From Stegostoma tigrinum (Eukaryota), in NCBI RefSeq assembly GCF_030684315.1, contig NC_081369.1, forward strand, positions 9,276,035-9,340,034: a DNA stretch of 64,000 nt. The letters run 5' to 3'. Of this stretch, positions 22,924 through 32,700 are shown one piece after another (within the stretch, counting starts at the first letter, position 1; the number at the start of each line of letters is the position of its first letter). Below the pieces are notes generated by a model. That model was given only the letters and a program-made list of their open reading frames with translations. It had not been told where the DNA came from and made no database searches. The translations under genes were made by a program, and so were the position numbers.

Positions 22924-25900
22924 GTACTTTGGTTTTTGATTCACAGAACTGCTTTAATTCATTAAAGACTTTCGATGCAGCTCCTCCTTCCATTAAATAA
23001 TCTTAATTCATCTATCTTGTTAAGAACTTAACTCTCCTATCTTTATGCCGAATACGACAGTTAACTATGTTTTATTTTGTTTCTGACAGCTGCGGACCAC
23101 ACTTGTTTTAGGGTTACTCAAATACCTAAAAGAGCAGCTGCGAACAGACGGGAAGACATTACCTTCTACTGTACATTCTCCATTTGTCAGCAAAGTTCAA
23201 AGCCAAATGTAATTTGGTGGAAGCAGGTTGGGAATGAACGTGTTCAGATTGAAGCCAGTGGTAGACAACAATTTGGATTTGAAAATGAAGCAACAGCGTT
23301 CCTTAGCTTGCTGCGCGTTGATATCCAAGATTCTGGACATTATCACTGCACGGTGAATTACCAAGGAATCGGTCAAAGAAGCGGAACCCCGTCCCAGCTA
23401 TTTGTGCGTGGTAAGTGAGAGCGACACTGTCTGAAATAATTTGAAATAACAAGATATTTCCTGATCGCTGATTTCACCAATATTCGCGGTTAAATCGTGT
23501 CCAGTTATCATTTATACAGGAACCTACCCTTGATATTTCAGTTCCGTTGAAAAAAAGTAAAATTACACGATCAATATCACCGGTAGAAAACTGAAGCTTT
23601 TATAAATATTAACAATTTACGCTGTAATTCTAAAGACAGCCTATACACTATGTGCTTTTTGCCGATATACAAAACTTCCGATGTACATAGGCAACAAGAA
23701 ACCGCTTTGTCAGGCTATTCGTCCACAATTCTTAGTCCCTGGTATGTTATTGAAGTCGTGTGACTGCCCGACAATTATTTTTTCTGAGATTGAAGATTCT
23801 AGAAATTTATTCTCACATTAATTTCACGTCATAATTTGAAAATCAGCATGAACTTATTTCATGAGTGAAGGAATCGATGCAAAAGAAACACAGTTTGACA
23901 GATACAAGTAGGTTGAATCACTGACCTAGAATAAATAAAACAACGCAGAGAATCTGTAGCAATAACAAATTTGCTGGAAAAGCTCAGCAGGTCTGGCAGC
24001 ATCTGTGGAGGACAAAACAGAGTTAACGTTTCGGGTCCGGCGACCCTTCCTCAGAACTTAAAGTTCAACTGATTCAATGTGTTTTGTCAATTGAAATGCC
24101 TTGTTTTTGAAATCCGACTGATACAGTGATCTTGGGGTAATCGGCAATCTGCAACTTCACCGCCGTTATGCACTTGAGCTTAAAAAAAACACCAGGGCAG
24201 ACGAGCACAATTTGCTTTGTTCCTTTCTTGTGCGCAAGCTCAATTTAATTAATTTATTCAAATATGCGACATAAGCATTGCGAAGCATTTTGTAGTTTTG
24301 TTCTGCCGAGGAAGGCCAAGTATTGGATTTGATAATTCAAGTAAAAATGGATAAAAGCCGCTGCCTGGAGAGCTATTTGTTTCATTAACTGAATGCTTGT
24401 GCATAAAATTAAGTTGAGAAGAAACTGCACTTCTGAGCATTGTATTTCTAGGAAAGCATAGCGTCTGTAAATCAGCCTCAAATTTAACAATTTCTGATTT
24501 GTTCCAGTAACTTGGCTTTGTTCAATCTCTGCTTGCAGTTGCTCCAGTCCCACTGAAAATTACGCCCAAGTTTCACGAAGAAAATTCACTTGTGTCTTTG
24601 ACCCTTCTGTGTGAAACAGCTGCATTTTATCCGGAGGATTTCACCCTCGCCTGGTATAAAAACGGCACGAAAACTACAGTCGGTATAAATACGAGCAAGG
24701 TGCAGAACAGTGAGGGACTGTATGAAGTATCCAGTTCTTTGGTTGATCCTCATCCTCCCTCAAGTAATCTCAAGTATACCTGTGAAATATCTCACATCTC
24801 CCTCAAGACGCCTGCTGTTGTAACCCACAGTATTTCCACATTTGGCGGATTCCAAAAAGGCGAGTTAGTTGCTGTCAGTTTTGTTACGAAATGCATCGTA
24901 GAATAGTGCAACGTGTGGGCCTAATCCGCAGTGGTTTCATGGAGATGTATTTAAATGTATTATACTAAGTTGACATCTCTGTTGTAAGAGCATCAAAACT
25001 TATTTGGTATTCTATTTCTTTGACTTTTGAAATAGTAATTATGTTCAGAATTGAGCTGATCTATCCATTTGTTTCTTCCTATCATTTTGTCCACGTTCAC
25101 CTTCTTTGCCCAAGCTATGCCTACCTCTTTGTAGGTTACGTGGCACAATCCCTCTTCTGTACCTACACTGGTCCTAAACATCACTTTTTCCTCTGTTACA
25201 TTGATGACTGCATTGCCATCTCCTTGTGCTCCCATGAGGAGCTCGAGCAGTTCATCCACTTCACCCACAGACTCCCACAGCTACCTGGAATACACCTCCT
25301 CCCACCCACCTTCCTGCAAAAATGCCATTCCCTCCTCCCAATTCCTTTGTCTCTGCCACATCTGCTCCGAGGATGAGGCATTCCACTCCCGTACATCTCT
25401 GATGTCCTCGTTTTTCAAGGATCGCAACTTCCCTGCTCAATGGTTGAGAATGCCCTCGACGGTGTCTCCCGCATTTCCCACAACTCATCCCTCACACATC
25501 CTCCCTGCAAAAACAACCAAAACAGAATCCCCCTCATCCTCATGTACCACCTCACCAACCTCCTGATCCAATGCATCATCTTCCGACACTTCCGCCATCT
25601 GCAATCCGACCCCACCCTTAAAGACGTTTTTCCCACCCTCATCTGCTTTTTGGAGGGACCACTCTCTCCATGAATCCCTCGTCCGCTCCACACTCCCCTC
25701 CAGCGCTACCACACCGACACTTTTCCCTGCAACCACAGGAAGTGCTACACCTGCCCCTACACCTCCCCCTTCACCCTCATCTCAGGTCCCAAGAAGACTA
25801 TCCACATCAAGCAGATGTTCACCTGCACATCTGCTAATGTGGTATACTGATCCACTGTTCCTGTTGTTGCCTCATCTACATCGGGGAAACCACGCGGAGG

Positions 25901-28900
25901 CTTGGGGACCACTTTGCAGAACACCTATTCTCTGTTCGCACTAAACAACTGCACCTCCCAGTTGCGAATCTTTTCAACTTCCACTCCCGTTCCGCAGGTG
26001 ACATGTCCATCCTGGGCCTCCTGCAGTGCCGCAACGATGCTACCTGAAGGTTGCAGGAACAGCGTCCTATATTTCACTTGGGAACCCTGCAGCCCAATGG
26101 TATCAATGTGGACTTCACAGGCTTCAAAATCTCCCTCCCCCACTGCATCCCCAAACCAGTCACTTTCTGGATTACCCCAATCCAGAAATTGAAGTGGACA
26201 GTTGAGAAAATGCTTGTGATATCATTCCTCTAAATTTAAGAAAGCATAATTAGTAAGTAAGAAAGCTCGAGAACAACAGTATTTTGATTCATGGGGAATT
26301 GACTTATCTCATATTCCTACCTTTCCGAAACAGTCCTTTGTGTTCCATAAATTGACAATCTATTCCAGAGATTGATTCAGAATTTGCCATGTTGGATCAA
26401 GAATTCACTTCGATATTTAACAGAAATAATCTTTGGCAGTTCAGCTTTTTCATTGTCCTTGAATAGCGCTGTGCAGTTGAAAGTATCATCACATTTTAAG
26501 CAAAGAACTAAAGTGACAATATTTTTAATTTAATGATCACATGCAAATAATGTCTTCTTTATCCTGCAGACAGTATCAACAATTCACTGGTCATCTGGCC
26601 TTCAGTTCGTTATGTGATTTTCTCGGCGCTTGTTGTAATTCTGTTCGTGTTTGGGACTACAAAGTACTTGAGGATATCAGAAGTAAGGTCTACTATCAAA
26701 GCTTGCTTTTCGCACAGGGCCTGGGTTCATTTGCCATTTCTGGAAAACAAGCAGGATACTTATTAGGGATAATTCGAATTGGTTTAAGACTGAAAAATGC
26801 AATCATTTTGTTCTTTTTTCCCCCGCAAACGTGGATTGCTCCAAAGCCACTTAAAAACACAAGAAGGTTCTTGGAAACATGAGTGAACCATTCAGCCCCT
26901 TTGGGCCTGTTCTGCCATTCAAAGAGATCATGGTTGATGAATGGCTTAACTCTATATCCTTGTCCCTAAACACTTTGCTTAACAAAAATAAATCGATCCC
27001 AGATTTAAAATTAAAATTAACTTCTATTTGTTGAAAAGTCTTGCAAACATGTGCATAGAAGAGCTTCCTCACATCTTTCTTGAATGATCTTGTTGCAAGT
27101 TTTAGAGTATGACCACCAGTTCTAGAATCCACAACCAGCAGAAGTAGTATATGTTACTGACAAAGTGTGAAGAGGGTCTTCGGTCCGCCTCCTCCTCTTT
27201 CCCTATTTATTTCAGAACCCTCACCCCATCCCCCTCTCTGATGAAGGGTCTAGGCCCGAGACATCAGCTTTTGTGCTCCTGAGATGCTGCTTGGCCTGCT
27301 GTGCTCATCCAGCTTCACACTTTGTTATTTGGATTCTCCAGCATCTGCAGTTCCCATTATCACTGATACTATATTACTGACACTCTCTTTTGCTGTTAAT
27401 GTCGTAAAGCCTTCAATTAGATCATCTCTCAACCTTCTAAATTAGAGAGAAAATAGTCTTAGTTTGTATAATCCCTCCATGTAATTAAATCCCTAAAGTC
27501 CACAATTATCATTCTGGTAATTGTACATCATACTCCTTCCAAGGTCAATGCACCTTTCCTGTGGTATGCTGCTCAGAACCGTTCACAGCTCACCAAAATG
27601 TTTTCAAATGTAAACAATGCTCACGTGTGTTAATTTCCAAAGGCACATTTCAGTTTTCAACATGAGAAATGAAATTTATCACAATAAATATGAAGTAGGT
27701 AATTCGATGCTTCTGTCAAGTAATGATTGCTCCTTGAAAGAATGGAGGATTAATAGCAGATTCTGATGTTGCAACCGTCTGATCTCTGCGAGCAACATAA
27801 TCAAATGTATTCTGCCTCAACGGAACATTCACATCCTTTCTCTAATACTTTGATTCAGAAAAATGCGCTCATTTTCTGCATGGAAACTGAGTCAATATTT
27901 TCATCACTCAATGCAATTATATTTCATTGGTTTGCAGGTAAAGAAGAATGCACAAGGCAATCAGACTGCCATGTCAATGTGGTAAGTTCATATCATCATC
28001 ATGCTTGGAGTTTGAAATGTTTGGATCAATGGCAATAATGGAAGAAATATACATTAATAATGACAGAACATTTTATATCTATTTATTGAAAGACTATTCA
28101 TCTGGTATGTGTGTGTTTCAGAGCCAGGTTTGAAGCGCAATTTGTACAACTTGTATTACTGATGAAGGTTGGCAAGTGGATCTTCTTTAAAAAAAAACCG
28201 TAATCATATCTTTGAGAATGTTGCAAGATTGAGTCACGTTTTAGGGTTGAGAACAAATTTACTGTCTAAACCCATTGCATCTAACACTTAACATTATGTT
28301 TCAGCATGAATATGAGGAAGTTTGAATTGTTGCATTGAACACTGAGATTAACATTGTCTTCATGCAGATATATCTATAATATGGATTCTGCAAGGGATGT
28401 CGAGTCTTGGTTAAATATGCTTAGTCCTTGATGTAGAAAATCTTCGAGACAATGAAAAGGACACTTATTGAAGTGTTGTTCTTGTCCTCACAGGAAGCCA
28501 TGGCGGAGGTTTCCTGCAATAGACTTAGGCAAAAACAGGAGAACTCCTAGACATACGTTTGAAATAGAGAAAAACATGCCTATTGAGGTAGGGCGGAGTG
28601 GGAGAACACAAAATCAGGATAAAATTGTGATTCAAGATAATAAAATGTGAGGCTGGATGAACACAGCAGGCCAAGCAGCATCTCAGGAGCACAAAAGCTA
28701 ATAAAATGTGAGGCTGGATGAACACAGCAGGCCAAGCAGCATCTCAGGAGCACAAAAGCTACTTGGCCTGCTGTGTTCATCCAGCCTCACATTTTATTAT
28801 CTTGGATTCTCCAGCATCTGCAGTTCCCATTATCTCTAAAATTGTGATTCAGCCTGACAATGAAGGCATTTGCTTCTATGGACATTAGCCAAATGTCATT

Positions 28901-29148
28901 TTGAAGCCGATTTTTGTGTCCTTCTGATTAGTGCTTTGCAGAAAGTTTATAAAAAAGGCCAATTAATAACATTTCCAAATAATATCTTTACAGCTCTCCA
29001 TGTTGCTATCGGCAGTAAGATGACATACAGTCCTCTAAAGTTCTCTGTTTCTGCGAAGAAGGCACAGAGATTGCTTGAGCTGCAGACTGAAAAACAAAAC
29101 AAAGTAACAGAAGATATCCATGCACAAGCAAGAAATAACAAGGCTTAA
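22869..29148 (+). CDS. Non-rearranging Ig-superfamily membrane receptor gene: leader + V(J-like) + C1 + TM + cytoplasmic exons (antigen-receptor-like, SIRP/NKp30-like architecture)
   Basis: Exons 22869-22923, 23090-23410, 24539-24859 and 26570-26682 all join in phase 1 into one open frame. Candidate tail exons are 27938-27981, 28494-28587 and 28994/29016-29148. AATAAA at 29241 and 29257. Confidence 0.85.
23090..23410 (+). CDS. Exon 2: IgV domain with germline-encoded G strand
   Basis: Acceptor ttttattttgtttctgacag, donor G|gtaagt, 321 nt. Motifs RVTQ.P, ITFYC, VIWWKQ, LSLLRV, DSGHYHC and SGTPSQLFV. Confidence 0.95.
23960..24058 (-). repeat. Penelope-derived short repeat with minimal hammerhead ribozyme core
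   Basis: Minus strand gtt-CTGAGGA-a-GGGTC-gccg-GACCC-GAAA-CGTT-aac at 24057-24022. Confidence 0.75.
24539..24859 (+). CDS. Exon 3: C1-set Ig domain
   Basis: Acceptor tctctgcttgcag; LTLLCETAAFYPEDFTLAWYKNG ... GLYEVSSSL ... YTCEISHISL shows C1 hallmarks (C-x-x-x-x-FYP, W, Y-x-C-x-x-x-H). 321 nt; donor AAG|gcgagt. Confidence 0.95.
25108..26160 (+). mobile_element. Penelope-like retroelement (Neptune-type), truncated; RT + Cys-knuckle + GIY-YIG; intronic
   Basis: PSYAYLFVGYV..FFLCYIDDCI (RT), PTDSHSYLEYTSSHP..CKNAIP (thumb), FPCNHRKCYTCPY knuckle, and FTCTSANVVY..IYIGET (GIY-YIG). An internal deletion lies near 25263. Confidence 0.9.
26570..26682 (+). CDS. Exon 4: stalk + transmembrane helix with Arg
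   Basis: Acceptor tcttctttatcctgcag; phase-1 reading DSINNSLVIWPSVRYVIFSALVVILFVFGTTKYLRISE; donor GAA|gtaagg. Read-through would stop at 26764-26766. Confidence 0.85.
26860..27600 (-). mobile_element. Decayed CR1 3' fragment interrupted by a Penelope-terminal insertion (~27160-27368)
   Basis: Minus ORF DSRTGGHTLKL..FKKDVRK; the insertion is flanked by tat(g/a)ttactgaca repeats. Confidence 0.75.
27938..27981 (+). CDS. Candidate short cytoplasmic exon (44 nt)
   Basis: Acceptor atttcattggtttgcag and strong donor G|gtaagt. Open as VKKNAQGNQTAMSM (phase 0) or GKEECTRQSDCHVNV (phase 1). Confidence 0.6.
28494..28587 (+). CDS. Candidate cytoplasmic exon (94 nt), reading frame uncertain
   Basis: Acceptor gttgttcttgtcctcacag, donor GAG|gtaggg. 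Open after phase-2 entry (WKPWRRFP...PIE); three stops in the phase-0 frame. Confidence 0.45.
28620..28851. repeat. Penelope-terminal insertion: perfect 61-bp tandem duplication + inverted copy, 15-bp TSD
   Basis: taaaattgtgattca at 28620-28634 and 28837-28851; duplicated unit 28638-28759; inverted arm from 28762. Confidence 0.85.
28994..29148 (+). CDS. Candidate terminal cytoplasmic exon with ITIM-like MTYSPL
   Basis: Acceptors end at 28993 (atctttacag) and 29015 (ctatcggcag). Frame ..KMTYSPLKFSVSAKK..DIHAQARNNKA*, followed by two AATAAA. Confidence 0.6.
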
Positions 29149-29240
29149 ATATTTCAAGGCAAAAGATTATTCTTGGACTTGGACTGATCACAATCGTTGG
29201 CACTTAGAGCTTCAGGCCTGCACAGTCTCACCTCTGTGCG

Positions 29241-29262
29241 AATAAAGCATTACCGCAATAAA
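29241..29262 (+). terminator. Tandem polyadenylation signals
   Basis: AATAAA at 29241-29246 and 29257-29262, about 100 nt after the stop at 29148. Confidence 0.55.
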
Positions 29263-29398
29263 GCAGATAGACATAGCGAGTACCTATCCTTTTAATGGCC
29301 AATTAATCCCTATTATTGGTTTTTAAGAACACCAACAACCTGCTTTGAAAGTATGTTTGAAAGACACTTTGCTTGAAGCAGAGTAAATGAGAATTGCA

Positions 29399-29702
29399 GG
29401 AGAATCCAAGATAACAAAGCATGAAGCTGGATGAACACAGCAGGCCCAGCAGCATCTCAGGAGCACAAAAGCTGGCATTTTGGGCCTAGACCCTTCATCA
29501 GAGAGGGGGATGGGGAGAGAGTTAGGGTTAGAGTTAAACCCTAACCCTATCGCCTGTCCCCGTCCCCCTCTCTGAAGAAGGGTCTAGGCCTGAAACGTCA
29601 GCTTTTGTGCTCCTAAGATGCTGCTGGGCCTGCTGTGTTCATCCAGCTTCACACTTTGTTATCTTGGATTCTCCAGCATCTGCAGTTCTCATTATCTCTG
29701 AT
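29399..29702. repeat. Penelope-terminal inverted repeat (~117-bp arms) with telomere-repeat apex and hammerhead core
   Basis: Arms 29399-29515 and 29557-29674; centre gTTAGGGTTAGAGttaaaCCCTAACCCTA. Confidence 0.85.
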
Positions 29703-32700
29703 CACAATTTTAACCGCACTGTGAAGCCTCTTCCAGGGATGCCTAACCTGAAGAAGTTACCTTCCTCTCTCTGGACCAACCTTAGGGAATCTCTCTCCAA
29801 CTGCAACTCTCTTGTCCACCTATCTTCTCCTCTATCCATCTTCAGAAGTTGCTTGAAGCAATTGGCTGCCTCTCAGAGCTTCTTGCTTGCTCTTATTGCA
29901 TTTGTCTAATCAGAATCTAGTTGCTTGCTGTCTGCATCCATGCCTTGCCTTGATTTGTACTGTGTTTGCAGAGCCACACAGCTACCTTGCAAGTGAATAC
30001 TTCATAGTCAATGAGGTACGCAACCTGTAATACGCAATGTGTGACATGAGTGTCGCAGCTGCGACTTGTGTCAGCAGTTTATGCACCAAACACACATCAT
30101 GTGTAGCCAACAGGCAGCCATGTCTCAAAGTCAAAGGGAAAGAGACGGGTGTGACATCCTTGGAGGTACCTATCAATTACAGTGACCCAGGAGAGTAATG
30201 AACAGCTGTCTCCCATCCCAGTCCAACCATCTGCGGAAGGTCAGGCGTTTGGCCAGGGTGGTGTTGGTCAGGGTCTGCAATCCGGGGACTGGGTTATGGT
30301 CAGTCCAGTGCCTCCATAGCACTTAGGACAGTGGGAAGTGCAAAAGACAGAAGGGAAGGCAGTGATATGAGAGGAGGACTTAATCCCCAGTCAGGATCAC
30401 ACTGGCATTTAGGGGTGAGAGGTGGGGAGTGAGAGACGGGTCTATGACCACTCCTGGCAAGGTCACCTCATATGGCAATGGTGTGGTGATGATCGTAATT
30501 GGCACAAGCAGACTCGAGAAGATGGGCTGCTTGTGGACCTCTGCAGGTGTAAAGCCTATGGGGTTCATGAGATGGGCAAGCAGTGAGAGAATGCAGACGT
30601 TCAGAGGCTCACAAACGTTCAAATGGAATCTAGAAGCCATTGGCCTAGATTGATCATTGACAGCTTCCATCCTAGTGGAATTTTAATGTGTGCAATGTGA
30701 AGCCAAATGGCAGAAAATTATACTTGGATGAAGTTCGTAAGTTTATTGAACTGTGAAGGAAGGGGCTGCAGGACTCACCAGTTTGAGACTTTTTAATTGG
30801 AAACTATATTACTTGCAGACCAATGAATGTTACAAGGCAGAGATTTGCAAACTCCTTGATCCTGGGCAATAGGCATGCACTGATCATACGTGTGAACTGT
30901 ATGTCACTGTCTTGGATATGAATGATTAGCTTATTTATGCCAGCACCTTTGCACTCAGGTGCGAGGGTGTTAATATCGTAACATTTCACCTCGGGAGGCG
31001 ACGGTATCAGCAGAACCCTGTGCTTAATTCTCAACTCTTCATTTTGTCTCAATAGTTTCCCTTTGTCTTTCTGCCCCTCCGACAGCTTGTCTGTGCTGTC
31101 CTTGGTAACATAATTGGGTGGAGCGTACCTGCTTGGCAATGGATTCCATTGACAATGACGATTTGGGTCAGGCAATCCTGAGAGCATTTATATCTGATAT
31201 GAATACCATTTCCATTGTATTGTTTGTACCTTGAGTAACTCAGTAGCACTGTAACAATCATATAAATTAGAAAAATTGTTCATGGCATTTCAGTTACACA
31301 TCTAAAAGGCACATATCGTTGAAACGTCAACATTGATGTTAGTCATTTTTGAATCTTACGTCCCTGCTCATAGTTTTAATGAATAGTGAACTTCAATTTC
31401 GTGAAGCATTTGCATGTCCCAAAAGGCTTGAAACCATCTGATGGTATTTAACACATCCACTCACTTGCCACTTCGTGATGTGTTGCAACAATTTCGTCAT
31501 AGCAAATTTTTATTCGCAACAATTAGATCATTCTGTCTCTGATATTCTTCACTGAATTACCATATCTATGTAGGTTTGTAAGTTTCTTCTGTAGGTCTTT
31601 ATGTGACCGAGTACGCTGCCTCATTCATGATTGGCAGAGTCTATGTGAACTCTCGAATAACGATAACATAATTAGCAAAAACATCTGGAAAATAAATAAT
31701 TGTCAAAGCTCAGTGGCAATAAAAATACAGTTGGTTGAATGCTGTCATAAGATAATTGATGTTTCCTTACATATATTCATAACATTTTCCAACTTCTTAT
31801 TTGACTCTCTGAGATCCATTCAAGCTCATTCTCATACAACTAAGATCACTAATTTTGGCCTTTATCGTACTGAATATCTTCTCCAGCGTCAAGTTTCCTC
31901 TGTACCAGCTGAACCATCATCTGTGATTTAATTCACCTGTGCTCAACGATTCCAGTACACACATAGCTGAACTCCCATATTTTATCTTCTGTAAACTGCA
32001 GCTAAACCTTTGTTTTTAATGTTTTAACAAATATGGGAGGTATGCTGCTAGATATTTTGGCTCCCAGTCAAGTGTAATATTAATTTTACAATTCCTATCA
32101 TCGTTAAAAACTGCCATTTAATTGCCTCTCCTCATCTCTCTAATTGCTCTACCACTGGCAGCTATCCAAAAATAGTCTCAGCATCTAAGTTATGGAAACA
32201 TCCTTACATCTCTCCACTCTTATCATTGCGTTAATCCGTAAATGCTTTTTAAAAGGTACCCATTTCAACGAGTGTTTGGCAGTGTAACCTTACACACCCT
32301 GATTTGTTCAATCAATGCTTCGTTTTGTGTTCATTTGATCTGTTTTGGGAGGCTTAAACATAGGTTTGTCTTCAGATATGCTTTCTTTCCACAGCTCTGA
32401 AAGGTCAACCGTGTGAAACCTGAATGGCTCACAAAATAAACAACCTCTTCAAAGAGAGGCACGTGTGCTTACCGCTAAACTACTGCTGACCATGTATTCT
32501 CCTTATGGGTAACAGAAGCCCATTCTTAAGGTAATTTGGTCAACCAATTGAATTTGCGACAGCACAAGTTCGCTGTAAAGTGTGGACATTTAATTTACTG
32601 ACACCATTATTTTTCGATTATGAAAATTTATTCTTATTTTGTCAATATAACCTCTGGAGTTAAAGAGTCAACCATTATTAAAGTTATGAACTTTAGTGTA

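Noticed and set aside
23349-23355. CACGGTG, an RSS heptamer-like sequence at the second V cysteine
   Set aside because: No ACAAAAACC-like nonamer at 12 or 23 nt, and the frame continues into a complete G strand and splice donor.
29930-31260. GC-richer stretch with ORFs of 65-127 aa
   Set aside because: Probably old transposon debris, but no recognisable motif; cannot be assigned.
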